DNA from: Eledone cirrhosa
Taxonomy: Eukaryota
Assembly: GCA_964016885.1 (NCBI GenBank)
Contig: OZ024740.1
Span: 305,412,001-305,476,000 of the forward strand
Direction of reading: 5' to 3'
Length of the DNA: 64,000 nt
Position 1 is the stretch's first letter; every line of letters starts with the position of its first letter. Below the pieces are notes generated by a model that worked only from the letters and a program-made list of their open reading frames with translations, ran no database searches and had not been told where the DNA came from. Below, piece after piece: positions 13,190 to 25,339 of the stretch. Made by a program: the position numbers and the translations under genes.

Positions 13190-15081
13190 CTAAGAAAGAA
13201 AACAAAAAAACACAAATAATTAACCAGATGGACAAGTTGAAACATTTGTAAATTTAAGTTTATCATTTAAAAGATACTTTGGAGAGATACACCAGAAAAA
13301 ACAAAATTTAGAAATATTAATTTCATACTGCTTTATAATTTATCACAGCTCAGTTGATATATCCTAACTAAAACATTGTAACAAATTCTTTGTCTTAACA
13401 TCTCATCTACTTCTCTCAGTTGGTGGGGCCATAATTAAAAAAGTTCACTGAAATCAAAATAACTCAAAAGCAATTATTTTCTTTTATTTATGCTAAATCA
13501 GTTGTTTTTTTTTGCTCTTGTGTGAAGAGAGACAAAGATAAAAAATATAAGTAATAGAAAGAGACGTATTTCTTTTCTTCCCATATTCTTACTTCAATAT
13601 CTTGTTCACCCCTCTATGTCACATACATATAAATCTATCTACAACTGCTTTTTTTTTTGTTTCTCACTTCTCTCCTTGTCTCCTACTTTTCTGGCACTGA
13701 CAACAATAACAACCTCGTAGGCAGGTTAGTCAATGCAAAATGATTTATCTATCCACCAATTGTGGGTTATTGTAACAATAAGTAAAAGATGGCTATTTTC
13801 GGAATGAATTTAGCCCATCAATGACTATTCTCATAAAAGAAAAAGGTCCTGGAAGAAGTTCCCTGTAGACTTGAGAAAAAAACATGTAAACAGTGTTTCC
13901 AAACAGAACATTGGAATGGAACCAAAAAACAGGATGTGAACCTCTACATCAGCTGTTTCATCTTGAACATTTCTAGCAATTGATATAAACAAGCTCCCAG
14001 GTATTGAATGTTTAAGAAAACGTTTTTTCAGATTTTTGCTCATAGTTTGTGATACTAAATTGTTTATTTAATTTAACAAAATAAATATGCTTATGGAACT
14101 AGTGTGAAAATATCCTACGGTTATTGAGGGAGGTAATCAGTGGTTGTAGTGGAAAACTTAACTAATTTATTTCACAACATTGTTTCAGGTTTGATTTCAT
14201 TATGCAGCACAACTTTCGGCAAATGCCTTCTACAATAAATAGCACTGGATCAACCAAGATGTTGAGCAAAATTTGGTATCGTATATGCTTGTTTTATACC
14301 CATTTATATCGACCTGAGATATGAACACCATTACTGTCATAAATGCAGTTAACTAGTGATTGGGCTGTAAACCTACAACCAACCACATTTTATAGTTTTC
14401 AAACATCAATAAACTTTAGTATTTTGTGCTAATACAAACACGTGTGTATGCATGTATGTCTGTTTAATAAATATGTATCTGAACATGTACAGTATTAACC
14501 AAGACTGCATAAGTGTGTGCGCACACATTCTCATATATATATCTCAATCATCATTTTTATGTCCACTTTTCCATGCTTGCATGGGTTGGTAGGTCCTTAG
14601 CACGGCATCTCTCCACGTCATGATCCTTTCCTTTCTCATTGCCTCAGTGAGCCTCAGTGATTTGAGGTCAGTTCTCACAATCTCTGCCCATATATATATA
14701 TTTTATATATACATAAAAAAAAAAAATCAAAATTTATAAATTGAATTTCCTTGTTAACAGAGTAGATTTAAGATGAGAATTCCATAAGAACCTATTGTAA
14801 AACTGAGACAAACACCACCATATAAACAAAAAATTCAGTTTTATAAAACCAGTTTAAATTCATGATAATTTTAGAGTTTACACATTTCAATTAGAAATAT
14901 TTATGACTTTGCTCATGGCAAAATATCTTGATTCATTTACCAAATCCATAAAAATATATTCTACAAAGTAATGAATAACTAAATGAGTTTCTTGCATTTT
15001 TAACAATAGTAACTATAATAATTAACTCAAAACAATATGGATGATGTTTAGAAAGAAACTAGAATCTGCAATAAAACTTAC

Positions 15082-15129
15082 AATTGGATAAATTCTTGGC
15101 CTTCCTCTTGAACGACCCGTTGGAACCCA
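15082..15129 (-). CDS. AT-hook protein, coding exon 5: WVPTGRSRGRPRIYPI
   Basis: Acceptor acttttttcag|TGG, donor ATT|gtaagt; 48 nt, phase 0; RGRPR core. Confidence 0.85.
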
Positions 15130-15426
15130 CTGAAAAAAGTAAAATTACGAGAGAGAAAATCAATAATAGGAATACAAGAGAGATTACTTCCATATTTACA
15201 CAAATTGATTTAATACAGATTTACTAATGTCTTTGTTATACAAACTTCCTGGTTCTAAAACTTACATTCTGCATCTATTAACTGCAGATGTTCCATTACA
15301 GAATACACTTTATATAGATATACCTATCCTTGAGATTCTTTAAAACAATTTCATATTATCTACCAAGTCTGAAATATAATCATTATATTAATACCCTTTG
15401 AATTTATTATTCCATATTACTAACAG

Positions 15427-15756
15427 AAGGCACATGGCTTAGTGGTTAGAGCATTGGCCTTGCAATCGAAAGGTTGTGAGTTCAATTCTCAGACCGGGTG
15501 ATGTGTTGTTTCCTTGAGCAAGACACTTTATTTCACATTGCTCCAGTTTACTCAGCTGTAGAAATGAGATGATAGAGATGAGGTCCCTATCATTCCACTG
15601 CAAAGTGGTCGTGGAGGTGCCACGGCAAAAAAGCACCCAGCACTCACTGTAAATGAGGTTGGTGTTAGGAAGGGCATCCAGCTGTAGAAATCAAGCCAGA
15701 ATCAGTTCCCGTCCCACCCTTGCAATCAGGGAAAAGGCAGACGTAAAATGAAATGA
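15427..15756 (+). mobile_element. Full-length SINE, family A
   Basis: Reverse complement of the copies at 5916-6256 and 9028-9368. Confidence 0.85.
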
Positions 15757-15844
15757 ATTCATCTACTACTGTCCCCCACCCCCATTAAATTTTGCTCCAA
15801 GCATACTTCCATCTCTCTCTCTCTTTATATATATATATATATAC

Positions 15845-15898
15845 CTTCTTCTTTTCAGACTCTTCTTTTCTAGGCCTACCACGTCCTTTTTTAACTAC
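15845..15898 (-). CDS. AT-hook protein, coding exon 4: VVKKGRGRPRKEESEKKK
   Basis: Acceptor tttcttttgcag|GTA, donor AAG|gtatat; 54 nt, phase 0; canonical AT-hook KKGRGRPRK. Confidence 0.85.
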
Positions 15899-18390
15899 CT
15901 GCAAAAGAAATTGAAAATCAGTTAAAAGATATGTCGAGTAAATATTTACTACAATGGCACAAGACCAGTAATTTTAGGGGAGGGATATAATCAATTGAAC
16001 CAACTCTACAAGAGAAATGAAAGACAAGATCAACTTTGAGTGGGATTTGAACTTAGAAAGCAACTTAATACCACAAAGCATTTATGGTAGCATCCCACCA
16101 TGACCCTCAGAGATTAAAATAATTTAAAACTAACCTTACACAAAATCATAAGCACCTGTCCAATTCCTTAAACCTCTAGAGCAGGGGTGAGCAATCAAAG
16201 GTATTTTATCATTATAACTACTAATTTGCTTTTCAAAAAATACTTAGTTACTAACATATCACTAATTGGATCAGATTCTCAAAAAGGCTGCCTATCTCTA
16301 CATTTAGATTGACATAGCAGCAAAGACAAACACAAACTCTGGTAACTATCAAAGGATCTAAAATGTTAAAAATTCTGCTGTTTACAACACCATCCCAGTC
16401 AACATTAAAATAGTTTTAAAAAACTGTTGACAATGTTTTTAGAAAAACACTTAATAATCAAGATTGTGTCAGAATTGAGAAGAGGTTACCTAACATACTC
16501 AAGATATAAAATGACAATTCCAAACCTAAAGTAATGGTTTCTAATTTAGGCACAAGGCAAACAATTTAGGAAGTTGCCAGCACCCTCAATTTAAAAAAAC
16601 TGGATTAAGGTTTGCGATAAGGTGGAAAACATTAGCTCAAGGCATAATATTAAATTTATCTGATCTTTGGCAAGCATGGCGAAAACTACAGGCATACATC
16701 AGTCTTATTAAACCTCACTGGTGAAATCACCTTTATCGTACCTGCCAGATCTGTACTAATATACTAACTCTATAAATACATTAATGCCCATAGTAAGCAT
16801 AACATAACAATGGACTACACTAATTACCCAGGGATGCCATCAGCCTAGAAAACAAAGTAATTGATTGATACAATGTTACTAACAAAATACGTTAATGAAA
16901 AGCCTCCCTGCAAGTTGCTTACAAAAAATAGAAACGCTAGGAACTTAGACACGACTAAACAAAACAGAATAAAGCCATAACATGATGAATAGAGCTGAAT
17001 TTAGAAAATTTAGATTATTTTGCAATAACTCATCTCTGAAATTTATAGACAAGAAATACTACATAGGAGGTAGAGAGTTTTATATGGGTTGAATGTTTAC
17101 TGAAAATAGGGAGGAAATAACTGTAATAAGGTGCAGATTGTAGTTGACTTAAAAAAAAAAATGTACTCCAACTTCAGGTTGGTTTCAGTAGCATTGGAAA
17201 TTAGACCAAAAAGGAAAATTTCCATTTCAATATCTCATAAATCTATATGCTTGCAGACTAGTTGAACACACAATATTAATAAGTAGGGCAATTCTTTTTT
17301 TATTATTTAAACTTAAAAAATGTTATACCTTATATAGACCTTAAAGATATAAACTTTAACTCAAGATCATTATTCATTAAACAAAAATAAAAATTATTTC
17401 CATATACATTGCTGCAATATAAAATTTCATGTTATCAGGGGGGAAAAAAACTGTCTTTAGTTAGTATTTTATCGAGCATTGAAAAACTACTCAACACTAG
17501 CTGATGTATGTTGATACTTAAACAAGAGAGTGTAAGGAGATATTGAGTTTTCCATTCAGCAAAATCATCTTAGATCATTTTTTATTTGGCACGGATCTTG
17601 GGCAAAATTCAAATCAGTGAGACAAATGTTTCCTCAATAGAATATTGTGAACTTTTCAATTTTTTTTATTAAATCCTTCAGTGGCAAATGGCATCTATCT
17701 ATGTGAAACTCACTTCTATTATTGGCGAACTGACACATCATTTTGCTTTTTCCACAAGAATTCCTCCAAAAGTTCTATTATCTCACAAATGCAGGGTCAA
17801 TTGCTTCGATCCAAATGCCCCATTAAGTGACTACTGGCTCATATGGGAATCTGATATCTTTGAAAAAGGGCCTTTCTAGTGCGATCAGAATTATGAAGGA
17901 AATGTGCAACACGTCACATGAAAAAATTGGGATAGAGGATCTTTCTTATTTAACCTACTTTGACTATATACCTGGCAGCATCTGATAGAAGAAATAAGAG
18001 GCTTTCTCATGCAACGCCTATTTCATACAGATTATCAACAATAACTTGATTTATGATAAATAGAACAGCTGTAACGAGTTCCTCACATACACATGTGTAT
18101 GTGTGTGTCTATGTATGCATATACAAGTTGTGGTTTTCAACCTATACTGGATTATTGTCTCCATTTCATTTACTCTGAAAGCTTTGGCTGTAGAACTGAC
18201 CCCTTTTCTCTCCCCTTAAACATCATTATATTGACCATATGTATAATGAAGTGTATATATATACATAATATTTCATCATCATTTCATTTTATGTCCGCTT
18301 TTCCCTGCTTGCAAGGGTGGGATGGGAACTGATTCTGGCTTGATTTCTACAGCTGGATGCCCTTCCTAACACCAACCTCCAATATATATA

Positions 18391-18780
18391 TTATTGAGTA
18401 AAATGACAGGAGGCTGGACTGGTGATATTCCTTCAAAGATTTATTATAGTAAACACTATGCACATATCAATGACCAGGTTCCGTAGGATCCTGGTGACAT
18501 CAGCTGTTGCCAGTCTGCCAGCCTTTACTTGAAGGCTGGTCATCCAGACTGACAACAGCTGGCCCTGACCGCCTTCGGGCTTTAAACATTTCTATCTGCT
18601 TTACAGCCTCTCGCATTGTGTTTATCATTATTCCTGTATTATTTAACTTTTATACAATAAACACCTGATGATGTCACCAGGATCCTACAGAACCTGGTCA
18701 TTGAAATGTGCATAGTGTTTACTATAATAAATCTTTGAAGGAATTTCACCAGTCCAGACTCCTGTCATTTTACTCAATAA
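18391..18780 (+). mobile_element. Non-coding Penelope-like fragment with inverted pseudo-LTR copy
   Basis: 18391-18502 is the reverse complement of 18669-18780; internal hairpin 18501-18561; AATAAA after the ribozyme-like motif. Confidence 0.7.
18658..18721 (+). ncRNA. Minimal type I hammerhead-ribozyme-like motif
   Basis: Stem I TAAACAC/GTGTTTA; core CTGATGA (18665-18671); stem II ACCAGG/CCTGGT; GAAA (18703-18706); short stem III TGTGCA followed by UA (AUA cleavage triplet). The base of stem II is imperfect. Confidence 0.6.
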
Positions 18781-19548
18781 TAATTAACTCCATTCTCGCA
18801 GCACCAACAAGATTCAACATAAACGAAGATGGATGAGTTGCATTACGTCAAGTCCTTTTCCTAATATTACATCACGGTTGACTATACGGAATGACCAGTT
18901 CTATCCAGTGGTGAACCAACAGACCTAAATGTATGTATAATATATATATATATATATAATATGGGCATATAAAAACGATATATATGTATGCGTATATATG
19001 CGTGTGTGTAAATATTACCATTGCTGGTTTTATTCCTTGTAGATTCTGCCCAATACCAGCCAAAGTCCCTTAAAAGATTGAACTGGAGACAGTATTTATG
19101 TGTGTATATATGCATGTATATAAATTTAAGTCACACTACCACCACTAATTCTAGTTTTCACCAGTTTCATTTTTGATTTTTATTAATTTCTTAGGGAATT
19201 GTTTGATCATCTGCTTTTGCTAATTGCTTTATTTCTTTTCTTTCTCTAAGACTCTAGATGTTTTCTTTGAAAGGAAAGTTCTGACAATTTTCAATATTTT
19301 AAATAAGATTTTAATCAATATTTTATATTTAAATTTTTTTAAAGAATTTTTAGACCTAAAAATTTTTTTTTATTTGCTATTTTTAATCAATATATGTTTC
19401 TGCCATTTCTAGGCCATTGTAAACTTTCATAGACTTATAGACATTTTAGCAAAAAATTGTCCTACTAATAAGTCAATTTCAAGGCGAGAGAAGTAAATTT
19501 AGATTTTGAAGAGAGATATAGAAGAAAGTGGTGGTTGAAAGAAATTAC

Positions 19549-19596
19549 CTCAGAACTTTCCTTAGAAACTGCCTCTGTGGTGTCATTGGAATCTGC
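19549..19596 (-). CDS. AT-hook protein, coding exon 3 (acidic): ADSNDTTEAVSKESSE
   Basis: Acceptor cttttctgttgtag|GCA, donor GAG|gtaatt; 48 nt, phase 0, open. Confidence 0.7.
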
Positions 19597-19658
19597 CTAC
19601 AACAGAAAAGCATATAAATTATAAATCTCAGGAAACGGAATAACATCACCACAGAGTC

Positions 19659-21197
19659 CCACGCCCCATTATCTGGTGGGCTCTCAGAAAACTAGGTGTT
19701 GATGAATGGCTTGTGAGAGCTATACAAGCCATGTATAAAGAAACAGTCAGCAAGGTTAGAATTAACAACGAATATAGTGAAGAGTTTAGCCTAAAAGTTG
19801 GTGTTCATCAGGGCTCCGTCCTTAGCCCCCTCCTATTTATTATTGCCCTTCAGGCTATAACAGAGGAGTTCAAGACCAGCTTCCCATGGAAACTCCTATA
19901 CGCTGATGATCTAACGCTTATAGCTGAATCAATGGCTGAACTAGAGAAGAAATTCCAAACATCAAAAAGGCCTTAAAATTAACCTGTCTAAGACTAAAGT
20001 TCTAGTATGTAGGAATGAAAATAGGGCACTGGTCCCATCTGGGAAATGGCCATGCTCAGTGTGTAGGAAAGGAGTAGGCAGAAACTCCATTTTATGTCCC
20101 AAATGCAAAGTATGGGTGCATAAAAGATGTAGTGGGATCACAGGTAAGCTAACTAAGAAAATTAGATTTTATATGTGGCCGGTGCTCAGGTGCAATAAGT
20201 AGCAAGTGCCAACAGAATACTAGCTCATTCCATTGCACAGATGGTTCTATAGAAATAGTGGACACCTTCCGTTACCTGGGTGACAAAATCAGCAGTGGTG
20301 GAGGGTGCTCTGGAAGTACAGTAGCTAGAGTCAAAACGGGATGGAAAAAGTTCAGAGAGCTTATACCACTATTGGCCACTAAAGGTTTCTCTCTAAAAAT
20401 GAAAGGCAAGCTGTATGATGCCTGCATACGAACAGCAATATTACATGGCAGAGAGACATAGGCATTGTGTGCAGAGGATCTACGCAGACTAGAGAGGAAC
20501 GAAGCTTGCATGCTCCGTTGGAGGTGTAATAGTAATATATATGTGAACAGCAAAGCATAAATGAACTAAGTGAGAAATTAGGAATAAGAGGGATCAGATG
20601 CTGTTTACTTGAGAGAAGGCTACGTTGGTACGGTCACGTGATGCACATGAAAGATGACAGCTGTATAAAAAAGTGCAAGTCAATCAAAATAGACAGTAGC
20701 CACGGAGTAGGCAGACCCAGAAAAACCTGGGACGACTTGATAAATTCCGACCTCACACACTTACACCTCTCCAAGACAATGTCACTGGACTGAGATCTTT
20801 GGCGCTACGCAGTAATACAGAAGACCCGCCTTGCCTAAGTACAAAGCGAAACCTAGTCAGTAGGCACCTCTTAACCAAAATACACCCCCATCCTACTACC
20901 CTCACCACTTTCGATCTAAAGTTATGTTGGCACCACAACATCCAGTCGTAAATAAATGAGGTCGTGTAGGTGTCACGACAAAAAAACACAGTCCACGCTG
21001 TAATGTGGCCATGTAGGTAACATGGTAAAACTTCCCAGTCCACACTGTAAACGTGGTTGGTATTAGGAAGGGCATCCAGCCGTAGAAAACCCGCCAGACA
21101 GTCCTATACGAGCAAGACAATCAATCTTGCCTCAAGTGGGAAAATTCCCGTCCAAACCCATGCTAGCGTGGAAGATGGACGTTAAACGATGATGATG
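19659..21197 (+). mobile_element. RTE-clade LINE, 5'-truncated, frameshifted reverse transcriptase plus 3' UTR
   Basis: GVHQGSVLSPLLF, LLYADDL, FRYLG and RLRWYGHV..GRPRKTW across broken ORFs; 3' UTR ends in (GAT)n. Confidence 0.9.
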
Positions 21198-22726
21198 ACT
21201 TACTCCCACCATTCCCCGATACTAGTATGTCACTGGTAACAGTAATTGCTTGGGGTTCAGGAAGATGGCTCACCAGATTTAATTTTAATGAATTTGCATG
21301 AGACTTACAAGATCAGTCACAGACTGGGCATCTATTTGCTCAGCATAAATAATTTTAGTAAACTCCTCAAAATTCTCAATCAATTAATTGAAATGTGCAT
21401 TTCATTAGCAATATGGGCACAAAATGGTTAAATGAAAGACAGTCAATGACAATATAAATATTGCTCTCTATTTTACTTCATGTTACTTTTTATATTCATA
21501 GTATACATTTACTTTCATGTAATAAACAAATTTGATCAGGATTTCTTAAATATCAACACTTGAGCTCTTTTGATACCAACCCAGCCATGCTTGTACAAAA
21601 CAAAATTGATTTTAAAAGGTTCCTATATAAATTCAAATCTTCCATCATAAGTTACTATCATCATCATTTAATGTCCCTTTTCCATGCTAGCATGTGTACA
21701 ACAGGCTGCCCTGTCGTGAGAGATCCAGGTTGAAGGACCGTGTTTTGCTCACACAGAACTGATTTTGGCTTGGTTTCTTTGGCTGGATCTCCTTCCAAAC
21801 GGCAACCACATTTATAGTGCATGATGGGTGCTTTTTGTCGTGACACCTAGACGACAGCTTTACAGTGAGCTGGGCATGTTTTGTTGTGTCGCCAACATGA
21901 CTACTTTACAGTGTGGACTGGGTGCTTTAGTCGTGTCACCTTCATGACCACTTTATAGTGTGGACTGGACACAATGTCTGGGGAATTGAGGAGGTAGGTA
22001 TAGTGGTGGGATGATTACAGCAAGGGAAGTGTATGGTAGGGAAGGTGTTGCATACTAGATATGCCCTAGCTAATGCATATTGAAGGGCAGGTCTTCTGTA
22101 ATACTGCATAGCACCATAATAAAATAATAATTTTAGTAAACTCCTCAAAATTCTCAATTAATTGAAATATGGTCACAAAATGGTTAAATGAAAGAGGACA
22201 ATCAATGACAATATAAATATTACTATCTCTTTATTTTTGTTCAGCAATGACAACATTACCAGTTTCACAATCGACACAAAGCAGAGAGTAGCAGGAATTA
22301 AATACCAGTATAATACTAATGAAATTATGGAATATCCTAAAAGCATGGTTAAAAATCAGTGCACCCCAAGAACTAAATTATTATATCAATCATATATCAA
22401 ATACATCATAACGTTCATGTATCTATAAAAAAATGTTGCATATAGTCCATGGTGGTTATGATTAATTGTCTAGATACAGTTTCTATGAACAGAATGAGCA
22501 AAGTTAGGAATAAGAGTTGGTTCAAATACAGTTAAACAGGCATCTCTAATCTCAATCTAGTAAACTTCGAAATTTGTGGAGTCTTATTTGGAGGAAGGGG
22601 GGATTAATTAATGAGAGGAGCTCTTGGTTTGTTGCTGACATGTTGCTTACTGTACACTAACTCACTAACCCTCATCCTTTTTATTATCAACCTCCACTTT
22701 GGTCTTATTATACAAAATTGCTTGCT

Positions 22727-22957
22727 TTAACCCATTCATGACTGCATTTCTAATACACACTATTTCAATCAATTAATGAAAAATTTTGAAGGATTTACTG
22801 AAATTATTAATTATTTCATTACTAAGATAGTAACTTAATATAAGGTTCTTATATAAATTTTGGAAGATTCTAATTTAAATTGAAAACCTTCAAAATGGGC
22901 AACTTTATTTCATAGAACCAGAGCTAGTTTTGGTTGGGTTAGTAACTAAAGAGTTAA
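22727..22957 (-). mobile_element. TTAA-flanked MITE, family 2 (related copies ~42480-42710, ~52830-53042, ~53822-54035)
   Basis: TTAACCC...GAGTTAA ends; shared internal ataattttagtaaa/ctggttctatgaa blocks between copies. Confidence 0.55.
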
Positions 22958-23135
22958 AGTGTTCATATCTAAATTAAAAAGTATTATACTGTAAGAACTT
23001 TTTAAGTTACGCATCATACACCAATTGCATAATTGAATAATAAACAATGTATATCAGAATAATTGTCACAAAAGGCTTAAAGATTACCACTAGTCATATA
23101 TCATCTCAGATTCTAATATATTCCATGCCAATTCT

Positions 23136-23342
23136 TAACCCTTTAATGTTCAAACCAGCCAAAATTCTCTACCCCTTTCTGTTCAAACTGGCCACTCATA
23201 CTGATGTTAAGGCATTGTTCTCAAAATAAATACTTTCAAAATCTCATAGATTCGATATTATGAGAGATAATTATGCAAGGTAAAGCCTTTACCGTGAAAA
23301 TATAATAGTATATATAGAGTAATGTGAATGCTAAAGGGTTAA
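23136..23342 (+). mobile_element. piggyBac-type MITE, family 1
   Basis: TTAA|CCCTTTA...AATGCTAAAGGG|TTAA; homologous to 37753-38848 and 56315-56726. Confidence 0.8.
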
Positions 23343-23354
23343 AAGAATACTTAC

Positions 23355-23390
23355 AACATCTTCATCGGCTTTCATTTCTTTAGCGGGCGT
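23355..23390 (-). CDS. AT-hook protein, coding exon 2: TPAKEMKADEDV
   Basis: Acceptor ttcttttctttttgtag|ACG, donor GTT|gtaagt; 36 nt, phase 0. Confidence 0.8.
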
Positions 23391-24098
23391 CTACAAAAAG
23401 AAAAGAAAATAAAGAAAATATCCAAGATATAAATATTTACATCTATTTAATGCTATTTCTCTACCTAACCACCTAAATAAAAAATAAAATAAAATAAAAA
23501 AATTCAACATGGAGATTCTCCCAAAATTAAAAGTCAACACATCAGATATGCCTCATACTACTGTTTCTGTATAAGACCAGCAGAAGATTTGTATAGCTAC
23601 AATCCTTGAAATATAACTTGCATACCTACACACATTATGCACATATATAAAAACCAAACAATAAATCATTACAATTCAAATCAGATCCACTTCCATATGA
23701 ATGTTCAACCTGATAAAAATAGCAACCAAATCGCCCTCAAATCACCCCTGACTATCCTAAAAAAAAAAATAAGGTTGCATTACTGTAGCCCTGGATATAA
23801 TATGCCTTTCAAAAGATGAATGGTTACAGTTGTACCATTTTTAATCATAAGTTCTCAATCAGGCCTGACTTGGGACAAAGCAATCTAGCAAAAACTTTCA
23901 ACACCTTTTAAATTAAAACTAAATAGGTTTTCAACATACCAGCACTGATGTGAATTGGAAGATTGTATGAAAATAAGGTTCTTATATAAATAAAAATTTT
24001 CCAACATGATTTCATATCTGAAGCTATCTTGGTAATGGAAAAAAAAAAAAAAATTTCATAAATCACTTAAAATTTGTCATTAATTCAAATATAGTGTT

Positions 24099-24205
24099 AT
24101 TTTAATAGAAATATAGGCACAAAATAGTTAAAACTACATTTAGGTTTCGCTCCACGAAACCTAAATGTAGTTTTAACTATTTTGTGACCATATTTCTATT
24201 AAAAT
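24099..24205. repeat. Near-perfect 51-bp-arm hairpin
   Basis: attttaatagaaata..cacaaaatagttaaaactacatttaggtttcg-CTCCA-cgaaacctaaatgtagttttaactattttgtg..tatttctattaaaat. Confidence 0.9.
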
Positions 24206-24344
24206 GTTTAATTTTTTTTGTTGACCAGTGAAAATGAAGACAAGATACTCTAAATAAGTCAGTCCACCATCTAAACTAACCAAATCTAATCAATAAGGTA
24301 TACAACTAAATAGAATTTAAAACAGAAATAATTTAGATTCTTAC

Positions 24345-24395
24345 ATCAGAATTAGGTGAGTCTTTCCGGCCCCTTTTGGCACTTCTGGATGACAT
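24345..24395 (-). CDS. AT-hook protein, coding exon 1 (start): MSSRSAKRGRKDSPNSD
   Basis: ATG at 24395 downstream of acceptor ccctttttttaaag; donor GAT|gtaaga; phase 0. Confidence 0.75.
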
Positions 24396-25339
24396 TCTGG
24401 ACTCTAAACACTAAAACTTTAAAAAAAGGGAAATAAAGCTGAGTAAACTTCGCCATGCAACCCAAAATATTTCTGTCACAGTAATAGAGTAGTCTTTGTA
24501 GAAATATTGGGCCAGCAGTTATTTGCCAGAAAAATAAGTTTTAGTAAGAATAAAAATTCATTTCTGATAGTTAAAAAAAAAAAAAAAAAAAAATCTCAAT
24601 GCCTAATAGTTTCAAATTCTACTAAAACAAAATTTTGACCAATACCTAGTCAAATTCAGGTGTCATGTATGAATATATCAACATCATCACTGTTTAACAT
24701 CTATTTTTCCACACTAACATGGGTGAGATGATAATATATCTAGATATATCATTATCATTTAACGCATATGAGGCCAGCCAAGTCAGGTGACTACATCATA
24801 CAGATGTTTTGGGCTTGTTGTTTTCTACAGTTGGCTGCCTTTCCGAATGCCAACCATGTATGTTACAGTGTGTACTGGAAACTTTTCTTGTAGCTAACAC
24901 CACTTTTCAGGGTGGACTGGGTTATTTTCTTGTCATGATACCAGTATGGCCACTTTACAGGATGGACTATGCTTTTTTGTTGTGACACCAGCACAACCAC
25001 CTTACAGAGTAGACTATGTTTTTGTTGTAGGACCAGCACAGTAAGGGTGTAAATGTGGAGCTTGTCTGGCTTTGCATGCGTGAGTTTGGCAGCAAAGGTG
25101 TATCAATGTTTGTGGAGAGAGAGTAGTACATTGATAGTCATTTGACTACTTCTCCATGTCTGCCTAAGTCAGATGGTATATTGCACTCGGATACTAGGCC
25201 AGACAAGAACTCACCCAGTTCATAAGGACTTTGTATATTGGTATGGGTTGAACTTAGTTAGGAGAGAGTGGGGGTTGAATGAGAGCTGCCTTTCCATGCT
25301 GGAAAAAGTTGGTTGAGAGGAGACATGTTAGGTCAGCTT

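Noticed and set aside
15427-15500. tRNA-like sequences with A and B boxes
   Set aside because: They are SINE heads continuing into CORE-like bodies; no complete cloverleaf
17972-17981. Possible 10-nt micro-exon (ctatcag|ATGCTGCCAG|gtatat) in the AT-hook gene
   Set aside because: It breaks the frame of an otherwise all-phase-0 gene; no independent support, although a poison exon cannot be excluded
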